A stretch of DNA of 64,000 nt from Dehalococcoidia bacterium (GTDB lineage: Bacteria > Chloroflexota > Dehalococcoidia > Lucifugimonadales > Australimonadaceae), in contig DAOUHP010000079.1 in the NCBI GenBank assembly GCA_034428575.1, forward strand, positions 1,163 through 65,162. The letters run 5' to 3'. Below the pieces are notes generated by a model. The model ran no database searches. It was not told where the DNA came from and worked only from the letters and a program-made list of their open reading frames with translations. The stretch's first letter is position 1, and each line of letters starts with the position of its first letter. Below are positions 1 through 9,151 of the stretch, one piece after another. The translations under genes were made by a program, and so were the position numbers.

Positions 1-1
1 G

Positions 2-358
2 GAGAAGAGCGACTGGGCTCCCGAAGAGCTCGTTTCCAATGGCTGGTACTACTGGATGCACCGCACCGAGCCCTGGCCGGTGCTGCTGGGCAGCGCCCTC
101 GTCGGCGAAGGGGAGAAGCGGTTGCCCGAGGTCCGGGAACAGATGATCCAGGACCTCGAGGAGACGAAGCAGCTCTATGAGAAGCTGGGCATCAAGGACA
201 TAGAGCGGGCGATGCTCAACCAGCGTGAGCACTCGCCTATCGGGGCCGACGCAGACCACGTGGTCTTCGGCGAGGACGTGACCAGGGCGTTCGTAGACAC
301 GCCGAGCCTGCAGGAGCGGCTGCGCCGGGTCTTCATCTTCAGGCTGCAGCGCCGGTAG
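2..358 (+). CDS. C-terminal fragment of an unidentified protein (5' end lies outside the window)
   Basis: Frame 2 is open from the window edge to the stop at 356-358. Codon third positions are GC-rich like neighbouring genes. I recognise no motif. Confidence 0.4.
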   Translation, partial: EKSDWAPEELVSNGWYYWMHRTEPWPVLLGSALVGEGEKRLPEVREQMIQDLEETKQLYEKLGIKDIERAMLNQREHSPIGADADHVVFGEDVTRAFVDTPSLQERLRRVFIFRLQRR

Positions 359-465
359 CAACGCGTCTCGTCCTGCCCGCAGACCTCGACATGCCGCGTC
401 GTCCGCATGCGCCCTCGCGGCATGCGGACTCATCGCGGACTCAGTCCAACCCGAGGGTATAGCGA

Positions 466-1281
466 ATGCTGAACCACCCGCCCTATAGCGCCGACGACCT
501 GAAGAACCCGCCCCTCCCCGGGGCTGAATTCATCGCCCTGCTCCACCGGCAGAGGGCTGAACGGTACCCCGCACCCCCGCCGTTCTATCAGCTCCTGTAC
601 GACGGCACGCTGAGCAGGGACGACCTGCAGCTGTGGGCGAAGAACCACTACTACTACCTGGACCACGGCCTCCAATTCAGCACCGCCGCCCTGTACGTCA
701 AGAACAACGACGAGGCATCACGGACCCACGAACTCAGAAAGCTCGTCAAGATCGAGGGCAGGGACATCGTGAACGACCTCGTCGGCTGGACCACCCCCGC
801 CTACGAAGAGCTGTGGATGCGCTTCTGCGAGGGCCTCGGCCTCGAACGCGAAGAGGTCACGGCGTGGCGCAACTTCACCCGCTCCTACTTCGCCGTGTCC
901 ACGCTCTCGCTATGCACACGGTGGTGGGAGTGGTCATGGCTCGACGGCATCGCCGGGCTGTTGGCCAGTGACCTGCTGGCCCACGACACCATGGGCAAAG
1001 CAGGTGACGCTCTGAAGACGCAGTACGGTATCGCGGAGGAGCACCTCGAGTTCTTCCAGCGCTTCGCCGACGACGCAGAAGAAGACCTGGGATGGGAAGA
1101 GGCGACGCTCGCCGAGTGGGCCTGCACCACCGAGCGGCAACTCACCGCGGCCAGGGCGTTCCGCTACCGGCTGGACATCGACTACCAGTACGTCCAACCC
1201 GTCCACGCCGCGATCACGACGGGGGAACTCCCCGTCCAGGTACCGGTGTCGGTCTACGAGGACGGGCCACCCTCCATGTAG
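466..1281 (+). CDS. PqqC/TenA-like (haem-oxygenase-fold) protein
   Basis: 271-aa ORF. PPPFYQLLYDGTLSRDDLQLWAKNHYYYL and ELWMRFCEGLGLEREEV resemble the PqqC N-terminal and central segments as I remember them. No pqqA/B/D/E nearby. Confidence 0.6.
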   Translation: MLNHPPYSADDLKNPPLPGAEFIALLHRQRAERYPAPPPFYQLLYDGTLSRDDLQLWAKNHYYYLDHGLQFSTAALYVKNNDEASRTHELRKLVKIEGRDIVNDLVGWTTPAYEELWMRFCEGLGLEREEVTAWRNFTRSYFAVSTLSLCTRWWEWSWLDGIAGLLASDLLAHDTMGKAGDALKTQYGIAEEHLEFFQRFADDAEEDLGWEEATLAEWACTTERQLTAARAFRYRLDIDYQYVQPVHAAITTGELPVQVPVSVYEDGPPSM

Positions 1282-1287
1282 CCGGGA

Positions 1288-2421
1288 TCAGGAGCTTGGC
1301 TTGGCCGTCTTCTGGACGAGTTCGCCGTCCGCGAACTTCAAGGCGTGGGTACGCTCGCCCGTCAGCATCTCGGTGTGTACCGACTTCGACACCGGGGCGA
1401 GTTGGGCGACCCTGCTCCAGCGCTCACCGCCGTCGCCGGTCCACCAAACCTCGCCGTCGGTCATGCCGGCGAACAGCTGAACGCTCCCGCCCGCCTCTTC
1501 GAGACACATCGCCTCGATATTGCCGTGCAGGCGATCGGGCAACCCGCCCGACAACACCGTCCAGGAGCGCCCGCCGTCGGTACTCCTGCCGATCCTGCCG
1601 CCGGCGAATCCCTCCACTGAACCATCCTGCACCCAGGAGCGCGGTCCCGTCCGCGAAGCAGACACGTACAGCGTGTCCGGGTTGCTCGGCAGGTGCACTA
1701 ACTGGTCCGGATAACCGCCGATATCGTTCTCCTTCCCGAACAACTCCAGCCAGGACCTTCCGCCATCCTCGCTCAGGAGCAGTCCGGCGCCGCCGGTCGT
1801 CCGGAGCACGGAGGGGTTGCGATGGTCGATGACCGTGCGATGCACGTCCGGGTTCGGCACCTCGACGTCAGCCCACGTCCTGCCGCCGTCGGTGCTCTCC
1901 AGCAGTCCGCCGACCTCGATGCTCACGTACATGTGTTCAGGGTCAAGGGGATGGAAGTTGATGTGCTTCAGATGGGCCTCGAAAGGGTCGGCAGCGAAGC
2001 GCCATCGAGGGACTGACTCGACCGACCGCATTTCCGGCAGCTCGGCCCAAGTGGCGCCCATGTCGTCGCTGTAGTAGAGGTGCGCCGGCTCCGTGCCGGC
2101 GAACAGCCGCTTGCCGCCGCCCCTGTCAACTGCGGCGAGGCTGAACAGGCTGCGGACGTCAATGCCCGCATCCCGCGGTTGCCACGTCTGGCCGCCGTCT
2201 TCGCTGGCATATACCCCGTCCCACCAGGCGCCGGCGAACACGGTGCCGTCCACGAACAGCAGCGCATGGATGTGCTTGCCTTCCAGGGAATGGTGGACGA
2301 TCGGCCAGTTGTCGCCTTCGCGGCGCAGCTTCACCACGCCGTCCATGGTCCCGACGAGCACCTCGTTGCTTGAGAGGTCCGACGAATAGATGGTCGTGCC
2401 TCCGTGCGAAAGTCCAAGCAT
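1288..2421 (-). CDS. BNR/Asp-box repeat beta-propeller protein (sialidase/Ycf48-like)
   Basis: Six Asp-box repeats: SEDGGQTW, SDDMGATW, STDGGRTW, SEDGGRSW, STDGGRSW, TGDGGERW. The track ORF runs to 2721, but its Arg-rich first ~100 aa overlap the MFS gene. The ATG at 2421 follows GGGAGGAG with a 5-nt spacer; the ATG at 2436 is the alternative start. Confidence 0.75.
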   Translation of the reverse strand: MLGLSHGGTTIYSSDLSSNEVLVGTMDGVVKLRREGDNWPIVHHSLEGKHIHALLFVDGTVFAGAWWDGVYASEDGGQTWQPRDAGIDVRSLFSLAAVDRGGGKRLFAGTEPAHLYYSDDMGATWAELPEMRSVESVPRWRFAADPFEAHLKHINFHPLDPEHMYVSIEVGGLLESTDGGRTWADVEVPNPDVHRTVIDHRNPSVLRTTGGAGLLLSEDGGRSWLELFGKENDIGGYPDQLVHLPSNPDTLYVSASRTGPRSWVQDGSVEGFAGGRIGRSTDGGRSWTVLSGGLPDRLHGNIEAMCLEEAGGSVQLFAGMTDGEVWWTGDGGERWSRVAQLAPVSKSVHTEMLTGERTHALKFADGELVQKTAKPSS

Positions 2422-2521
2422 CGGCTCCTCCCTCATGTCCTGCCCAGAGGATACACCCGGGCGTTCAGGCATCCTGCTGTGACGATGAGGTGCCGGGTCA
2501 GCGCATGCGTGGAGCGGCGTT

Positions 2522-3790
2522 TCACGTACCTGTTGACTTCCCGTACTGCCAGAGCGTCTTGACCCTGGCGGAGATGGCAACGATGAGGAGGGCCGACGCG
2601 CCTCCGCCAATGACGAGCGCCATCTGAGGCCCCAGCAGGGCGGCCGCCACGCCGATCTCCAGGGAGCCAGTACTGTTCGCCAGTGTCGAGAACATCTGCG
2701 ACGTTGCCGCAGTCCTGCCACGGAAGTTGTCGGGGGCGACCAGTTGTATGAGCGCCTGGCGCAGCGTGTAGCTCACCATATCGGTCAGCCCCAGTCCAAC
2801 TGTGGCCAGCAGGCCCAGCCAGAACCAGGGTGTTGCGCCCAGCAGGGCCACGAATGCGGCATAGCAAAGGCCGGACATCGCCAGAAGCACGCCCTTGCGC
2901 CGCACGTCGCCGATGCCCAGCAGTATGACGCTGGCAATCACGGCGCCGACGGCGGGCGCCGCGTTGAGCACGCCCAGACCGGTTGCCCCAACGCCGTAGA
3001 CGTCCTTTGCGAGCACAGGCAGGAGGATCCTGTAGAAGCCGAACGCCATCGCCATCCAGTCGATCAGGAATCCCGCGAAGATGATTTTCTGCTGCCACGT
3101 GAACCTGAGTCCATCGACGATCGCGGCGATGGAGACCCGCCTCCGGCCCGATTCTCCTTCCGGCACCCCGGACGTGGCGATGAGGACAAGGGCGCCCAGG
3201 CTCGCAACCTGGAGCATCCCATTCGCGAGGTACGCGTACCCGATGCCGGTGGCGTCCACGATTCCGCCTGCCAGGACAGGCCCGACCAGCAGCGTTCCCT
3301 GCGTGGGGACGCTGAGCAGGGTCACCGCGTTCATCATGTGCGAACGGGGCACGAGACGGGCCATATAGGCGCGCTGTGCCGGTCCACCGACGACCGCGAT
3401 GGCCCCGGAAAGGCTCGTGAGCAACCACAGGTGCCACACGGCTACAAGGTCAGCGAAGATGAGGAAGGCCAGCAGGAAGGGAGCGGTCAGACCGACGGTG
3501 TGGGTGATGATCAGCAGCTTCTTGCGGTCAACGTGGTCTGCGATGCTGCCGCTCACCAGGCCTAGGGTCAGCACCGGGACGGCCTGGAAGAGTCCCGTGA
3601 GTCCCAGCTGTACCGCCGACCCGGAGAGTTCGTAGATCAGAAAATAGTTCAGCATCTCCCGCATGTAGCGGGCGAGGCCGCTGAAGATGCCCGCGATCCA
3701 CAGGAGACGAAAGTCGCGGAATGTCAGCGAGGCCCAGGGACGGATGCGCTCCGCTGGGCTGGCCTCGGCTGTTCGGTCTTCATCCTTCAC
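2522..3790 (-). CDS. MFS transporter
   Basis: 422 aa with many hydrophobic segments. The N-terminus (LTFRDFRLLWIAGIFSGLARYM) is typical of MFS_3/EntS-like exporters. GTG start. Confidence 0.8.
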   Translation of the reverse strand: MKDEDRTAEASPAERIRPWASLTFRDFRLLWIAGIFSGLARYMREMLNYFLIYELSGSAVQLGLTGLFQAVPVLTLGLVSGSIADHVDRKKLLIITHTVGLTAPFLLAFLIFADLVAVWHLWLLTSLSGAIAVVGGPAQRAYMARLVPRSHMMNAVTLLSVPTQGTLLVGPVLAGGIVDATGIGYAYLANGMLQVASLGALVLIATSGVPEGESGRRRVSIAAIVDGLRFTWQQKIIFAGFLIDWMAMAFGFYRILLPVLAKDVYGVGATGLGVLNAAPAVGAVIASVILLGIGDVRRKGVLLAMSGLCYAAFVALLGATPWFWLGLLATVGLGLTDMVSYTLRQALIQLVAPDNFRGRTAATSQMFSTLANSTGSLEIGVAAALLGPQMALVIGGGASALLIVAISARVKTLWQYGKSTGT

Positions 3791-3941
3791 GGATGGCTTC
3801 GCCTATTCCGGAGAGCGTGGGATACGAAGTGCTCGAAGCACTCCCATGAGTTGCAGTTTAGTCCCCATAGACGCGAGGGCGTTCGAGGAATGAGCGTGAA
3901 ACGGGCAACCGGACAGGATGGAGGACGCTTGCTCAGGCGTG

Positions 3942-5675
3942 TCATTGATGGCGTACACCGGCCTTCATACCGTACTTCCGGGCTATGACGGCCGCGATGG
4001 TGGTCATCGCACCGATGACCAGCGTCAGTATCCCTGCATTCTCGAGTTGCCGCCCGTAACCGCCGATCATCCACTCCAGGCTGAGTATCGAGAGCGTGAC
4101 CGTGCCACGGCTTGCCAGGAGGATGATGCTGGCGGTCGTGTTTGCCGCAAGGATAAAGTTGAACGTGCCGATGAGGATCATCGTCGGCATGATCAAGGGC
4201 ACCCAGATGCGCCAGTACGTACGCCACCACCCCGCCCCGTGCACACGCGCCGCGTCCTCGATCTCCTGTCCAATCTGCAGGAACGCGGTTTTGAACAGCT
4301 GCGAGCCGGTCAGTTTACCCTGGAGCACGATGACCAGTACCAGGATGTAGATGGTTCCATACAGGGGCACAAGGAAGGGCGTCCCCAGGAACATCCACAG
4401 CAGACCCAGGCTGGCAAGCATCCCCGGCACGGCCGCAGACATCCAGATGATGCTGTCCAGCAGTGTCCTGCCCGGCCAGTTGGTCCTGACGAGGATGTAC
4501 GCCAGGATCGAAAAAAGGATGGGACTGATGATCGCCGTGGACATGCTGAGCACCAGCGTGTTCCTGAACGCACTCAGGAAGAGGTCATCGCTCAAAACGG
4601 CGCTCCAGTGCTTCATCGTAAACAAGGGTGTGGCGCTGAAGAAGCCCACGCGGGTCATGAAGCTGCCGCCTATCAAGACGAGGATCGGGGCAAGTATGAG
4701 CATGATAAGGACGAACACAACAAAGGCCGTCGCCACGGGTTGCCACTTGCCAAGCGAGATCAGGCCAGGACGCATCTGGCCCGTCACCGTCGTGTACTGT
4801 TTCCTGGTCAAGAGCCAGCGCTGCATGGGCACGATGATGGCGATGATCCCCAGGGTTATGGATGCCAACGCTGTTGCCTGGCCGTATTGCGGCGGGTCCT
4901 GGAGACGAATGAAGTCGTAGATCAATGTGGAGTAGACGTAGAACCGGATGGGCGTTCCCAGCAGCAGTTCGGTCTCGAACGAGCTGAACATCCGCACGAC
5001 GTTCAACATGAAGACGACGACCAGAGCTGGCATCATCACCGGCAGCGTAACGCGGAACAGCGTACGCATCGTCGAAGCGCCCGACACGTGCGCCGCTTCC
5101 TCCAAAGCAGTGTCCATGTTTCTGAACGCTGGCGTCAGCAGCATCACCTTGGTTGAGATCGCGTTCCCCATTAGGTGAACGAATACGATCCCCGGCACGC
5201 TGTAGACGTTAAACACTGCCTCATCGATGAAGGGCAGGTAGGTCAATGCCTTGTTCACAATGCCCACGTCGGGATCGAGCATGTAGATCCAGCCGAGCGT
5301 AACGGCGAGACCAGGAATCATGAATGAAACCCAGAACAGGAACTCGAAACCGTGCGAGAACGGGATGCGGGTCCTGGCCAGGAGCCATGCGATGAACACG
5401 GCCGTCGGGAAACTGATAGAGGTGTATGCGAAGTACACCATGAACGTGTTGCGGATGGCTGTCCAGAGCCTGGGCTGGGAAAAGGCGATCCGCCAGTTCT
5501 CCATCGAGAACTCGTAGGGCTCGGTTATCCCCGCGACGTTGAAGCTGTTGACGAGGATCAGGATGACCGGGTAGACGACATACGCCCCCAACGTGATGAG
5601 GAGCGCGACCATGATGAAGGCACCCTTGGGAGGCAGTTGAATGTGGGCCTTCAGTTGTCGCGCTTGAACCAACAT
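3942..5675 (-). CDS. ABC transporter permease, fused two-domain type (FbpB/AfuB-like)
   Basis: 577 aa with two tandem membrane domains. Paralogous to the ORFs at 24016, 30963 and 45888 (shared N-terminal pattern ...YP.....NSF). Lies directly downstream of a binding-protein gene. Confidence 0.85.
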   Translation of the reverse strand: MLVQARQLKAHIQLPPKGAFIMVALLITLGAYVVYPVILILVNSFNVAGITEPYEFSMENWRIAFSQPRLWTAIRNTFMVYFAYTSISFPTAVFIAWLLARTRIPFSHGFEFLFWVSFMIPGLAVTLGWIYMLDPDVGIVNKALTYLPFIDEAVFNVYSVPGIVFVHLMGNAISTKVMLLTPAFRNMDTALEEAAHVSGASTMRTLFRVTLPVMMPALVVVFMLNVVRMFSSFETELLLGTPIRFYVYSTLIYDFIRLQDPPQYGQATALASITLGIIAIIVPMQRWLLTRKQYTTVTGQMRPGLISLGKWQPVATAFVVFVLIMLILAPILVLIGGSFMTRVGFFSATPLFTMKHWSAVLSDDLFLSAFRNTLVLSMSTAIISPILFSILAYILVRTNWPGRTLLDSIIWMSAAVPGMLASLGLLWMFLGTPFLVPLYGTIYILVLVIVLQGKLTGSQLFKTAFLQIGQEIEDAARVHGAGWWRTYWRIWVPLIMPTMILIGTFNFILAANTTASIILLASRGTVTLSILSLEWMIGGYGRQLENAGILTLVIGAMTTIAAVIARKYGMKAGVRHQ

Positions 5676-5697
5676 CCGATATCTCTTGTGGGCCTGA

Positions 5698-5749
5698 AAC
5701 AGGGTGCAGTCTGCAGCACCAGCGTGGTATGGGCAGACTGCACCCTGTT
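5698..5749 (-). other. Intercistronic stem-loop between the binding-protein and permease genes
   Basis: Perfect 17-bp inverted repeat aacagggtgcagtctgc (5698-5714) / gcagactgcaccctgtt (5733-5749) with an 18-nt loop. Sits in the 100-bp gap after the binding-protein stop codon. Confidence 0.6.
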
Positions 5750-5775
5750 CATGCTATGCCAGGATTCCGCTCTTC

Positions 5776-7077
5776 CTACGGGTTGCCCTGGAGCCAGTCC
5801 TCCCTGAGAACCTGCAGTTCCGCCCACGCGGTGTCGAAGTTCGTGTAGTACTTAGGATCGCAGCAGGGGTTCGCGTAAGCGATGTCCTCGTACAGCACGT
5901 TGTCAGGCTCCACGCCAGTCTTAGTGGTGTCGATACGCAGGGAGTTGTTCCCCGTCGAGGTCTCCAGGACCTCCTGCGCCTCCAGCGTCAAGAGCCAGTT
6001 GATGAAGAGTTGCATCGCCGCAGGGTTGGGGGGGCGGTCGACGGCCATGACGTTGCTGCCGCCGGTGCTGATCGTCAGTCCTTCCTTCATCGCATGGGGG
6101 AAGTAACGCTCGATGGGCAACCCTTCCGAGGTGAGGTCGTTGACGACGCGGCCGCAGCCCAGCAGGCATATGTCCTGCTTCCCCAGCGCAACGGCCTCTG
6201 CCGCCTGCCGCTGGTCGGAGTAGACGACCAGGTCCCGCTCCCTGAGGAGCCGGCGCCAGAAGTCCGGCCCGACTTCGATGTGCACCCACGAGGCGTTGTT
6301 CCCCTGGCCTGTGCCCCACGGTTCCGCGGAAGCCAGCCTGCCGTGCCATCGCTCGTCTTCTACGAAGTCCCAGTACGATTGGGTAGCCGCCAGGTCCTCC
6401 TCAGTCACATTCTCCGTATTCCAGGCGAACGCGGATTGGCGTCCTCCGTTGGCCGAATAGCCCAGCGTGTAGGTCAGGTCCGGGTCACTCAACCACAGGC
6501 GTCCCTGGAACCACTTGGAGGTGTCGAGAACGTCAGGGTGGATGAGCAAGGGTTCGATGGGTACGAGCATGTTGTTAGGGATCAACAGGCTCCTCGGGGT
6601 CGTCGTGCCGGTGACCCAGGCGTCTACTGAAAAGATGTTTGCTTCGCGCTCCGCCATCATGCGGTTGGCGTTCTCTGACCCGGTACCGCCCTGCGAGGTA
6701 ACGGAGATACCGAAGTTCTCCTCGAACAGCGGAATAACCGCCGTCCGCAGCGCACGCGACGTATTTCCCGCGAGCACGAGGCTGAGCTCGCCCTCTTCCT
6801 GCGCCTTGGCAATGAGCGCGTCCCACTCGGCCTTGAACTCCATCATCGCGTCGGGTGTGGGGGTATTGGCCGGCGCCGCCGTTACGCCAGGCTCCGGCGC
6901 GGTCGTAGCAGCGGGCACGGGCGTGGCCGTCGGGGCTGGAGGAGGGGGAGGACTCGTAGGCGTAGGCGTCGGGTCGGCCCCACAGGCTGCCAGCACCAGC
7001 GGCAACAGGAGAGCCAGGACTCCTGCTGCAAGCACTCTTCTCACTCCCCGGTAACGGTTGAAACGTCTGGTGAACAT
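5776..7077 (-). CDS. ABC transporter substrate-binding lipoprotein (family-1/Fe3+-type fold)
   Basis: The ATG at 7077 is preceded by AGGAGGAGG. Signal peptide and lipobox MFTRRF...LVLAAC are followed by a Pro/Thr linker. Paralogous to 15250, 29615 and 43478. The longer track ORF (to 7317) is an Arg-rich extension. Confidence 0.8.
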   Translation of the reverse strand: MFTRRFNRYRGVRRVLAAGVLALLLPLVLAACGADPTPTPTSPPPPPAPTATPVPAATTAPEPGVTAAPANTPTPDAMMEFKAEWDALIAKAQEEGELSLVLAGNTSRALRTAVIPLFEENFGISVTSQGGTGSENANRMMAEREANIFSVDAWVTGTTTPRSLLIPNNMLVPIEPLLIHPDVLDTSKWFQGRLWLSDPDLTYTLGYSANGGRQSAFAWNTENVTEEDLAATQSYWDFVEDERWHGRLASAEPWGTGQGNNASWVHIEVGPDFWRRLLRERDLVVYSDQRQAAEAVALGKQDICLLGCGRVVNDLTSEGLPIERYFPHAMKEGLTISTGGSNVMAVDRPPNPAAMQLFINWLLTLEAQEVLETSTGNNSLRIDTTKTGVEPDNVLYEDIAYANPCCDPKYYTNFDTAWAELQVLREDWLQGNP

Positions 7078-7151
7078 GGCCCTCCTCCTGTGGGGTGACT
7101 TGCGGTTGTTGCCCGATCGATCTGTCCTCTCACTCCTCCCGTAGCGCCTCT

Positions 7152-7931
7152 TCATCGACCTGCACGAACAGGCCTGCCTGAGCGGACGTCGTCGACGTAG
7201 GCGGTGGCACTGTCCAGGATAGTCCTGGCGACGGGCCCATACTTCGCCCTCGGGCGTTCCAATTCGTTCGCGTTCCACCCCAGCACGCCGGGGACGACGG
7301 CGATATCGCCGTCGCAATTGTCGCCCGCTCCCGTGCCGCTGATGGTTGGGATGCGAAGCGCCTTCGTGATCGACGTGGCCACCTCGGGGGTCACGCCCGT
7401 GAGGATCACACTGAACGCACCCGCGTCCTGCAACGCGAGGGCATCCTGCATCAGCTTGTCCTCGGCAACGGAAAGGCCGTCGCGCGCGCCTCCGGTCATG
7501 CCAGAGGCCATGGGCGTCAGGCCCATATGCGCCTGTACGGGTATCCCCACCTCGACGAGTCTCTGGACGACTGGTGCGAACTCAGCCCCACCCTCCAACT
7601 TGACCGCATCCGCCCTGGTCTCCTTCATCAGGCGGCCGGCGTTGCGTACCCCCTCTTCCACGCTCACCTGATAGGACATGAATGGCATGTCCGCTATCAC
7701 GAACGTCTGGGGCGCCCCCCGGCGGACGCTGCGCGCCATCAGGATCATCTCGTCCAGCGTGACGTCGTTGTTCGACTCGTGCCCCAACAGGAAGCGGCCG
7801 CCGCTGTCCCCCACGAGCATGAGGTCCGGCCCTGCCTTGGCCAGTATGCGGGCCATCTCGTAGTAGTACGCGGTGACCTCAACGATCCGGCGTTTCTCAT
7901 CCTTCATCAACTGGATGTCGGCAATGTTCAT
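7152..7931 (-). CDS. panB: 3-methyl-2-oxobutanoate hydroxymethyltransferase (PanB) family protein
   Basis: LVGDSGG, ADMPFMSY, VKLEGG, GIPVQAHMGLTP and CDGDIAV follow the PanB motif order. Start at MNIADIQ (7931). The track ORF extends further upstream into the bicupin gene. Confidence 0.7.
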   Translation of the reverse strand: MNIADIQLMKDEKRRIVEVTAYYYEMARILAKAGPDLMLVGDSGGRFLLGHESNNDVTLDEMILMARSVRRGAPQTFVIADMPFMSYQVSVEEGVRNAGRLMKETRADAVKLEGGAEFAPVVQRLVEVGIPVQAHMGLTPMASGMTGGARDGLSVAEDKLMQDALALQDAGAFSVILTGVTPEVATSITKALRIPTISGTGAGDNCDGDIAVVPGVLGWNANELERPRAKYGPVARTILDSATAYVDDVRSGRPVRAGR

Positions 7932-7954
7932 TCGGCCAGGCCTCTGCGCGGCGC

Positions 7955-9076
7955 CTACTGGTCCACCGGGGGCAGCCGGAGGTTGATGCCCCGTCGCGCC
8001 AGTTCTTCGTAGTACTCTTCCCTGATGTTCGGGTCTTCGAGCGTGAAGCTGAGCTTGTACTGCAGGTCGTTCGGGTTGTCTCCCTTCGCCGCCCCTCGCG
8101 GATCGTAGGTCGAGCCTGAGCCGTACCTCGCAGGCCCGCCGCGCACGGCCAACTGCCGGAACGGTTTCGTCCCCACGTTGAAGTGCTGGTGGAACTCGCC
8201 GGTCATGGGAGCTATGACAGACCCCGGTTGGACCCATACCTTCGTGCGATTCTCCGGCTTCATCTCGTCACCGGGCATGAAGAGGAACTCGTAGCCCTCC
8301 CCGTCCACGACGATCACGTGGGCACCTGCGGCATGCCGGTGAGCGGTCGTATAGGTCCCTTCGGAGACTTCCAGGATATGCAGTCCGAGGCCGGTGTTGG
8401 CCATGGAGAGTCGCATGATGTACGTCCGCTCCGCGCGCTCTGGCCACTCGTCCAGCTCGAAGTTCCTGATGTCGGGGATGAAGTTGGTCTCGAACAGTCT
8501 CAGGTTCCACTTCTTGCCCTCACCGGCGAAGTAGTTGGGAGAGGAAGAGAACCGGTCCTCGAACACGTAGGGGCAGTTGAAGACGAAGTCCAGGTTGTGG
8601 AAGTGCCTGATGATCTCAGGCATGTTGGTCCCGAACATGATGCGGCAGGGCTCGGTCCCCGATCCGTTGAACTCCTGGTGCCAGGCGTTCAGTGGGATGG
8701 CGAGCAGGGACCCCTCGTGCCACTCCACGGCATGATGCGGTCCCCCCTCCTGCCAGAGCGTGCTCGCCCCGCGACCCTTCAAGACGTACATCACCGCGTC
8801 GTACATGTGATGTTCCGGCTTCAGCTGTCCTCCGGGCGGAATCTCGACGATCTGGAGGTTGTTGACTTCCTGGTCACCCAGGCGTGTGTACGCAGCCTTG
8901 CCTCCCCGCCGCTCCCAGTCACCCAGTTCCAGCGTGATCAGGTCCTCGAGGTAGCTTCCCTGGTAAAGGGGGACTCCCTCCTGGCGAACGAAGTCCTGAT
9001 ATGCGCTCGCCACATACCATTTGTCGAAGTCAGGGTCCCTCATGCTCTTGCGTTCGGCGCTGGTGTTCTGCGTCAT
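7955..9076 (-). CDS. Bicupin dioxygenase (gentisate 1,2-dioxygenase-like)
   Basis: 373 aa with two cupin modules (PPGGQLKPEHHMYDAVMYVLKGRG and GTYTTAHRHAAGAHVIVVDGEG). CGGAG SD 5 nt before the ATG. Confidence 0.6.
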   Translation of the reverse strand: MTQNTSAERKSMRDPDFDKWYVASAYQDFVRQEGVPLYQGSYLEDLITLELGDWERRGGKAAYTRLGDQEVNNLQIVEIPPGGQLKPEHHMYDAVMYVLKGRGASTLWQEGGPHHAVEWHEGSLLAIPLNAWHQEFNGSGTEPCRIMFGTNMPEIIRHFHNLDFVFNCPYVFEDRFSSSPNYFAGEGKKWNLRLFETNFIPDIRNFELDEWPERAERTYIMRLSMANTGLGLHILEVSEGTYTTAHRHAAGAHVIVVDGEGYEFLFMPGDEMKPENRTKVWVQPGSVIAPMTGEFHQHFNVGTKPFRQLAVRGGPARYGSGSTYDPRGAAKGDNPNDLQYKLSFTLEDPNIREEYYEELARRGINLRLPPVDQ

Positions 9077-9151
9077 CGATACTCCGTGATGTCCTTGTGT
9101 ATTTGCGGCGGTTCGGGCCGGAGCACGGCTGCGTGTCCCGGCCTTATGTAC

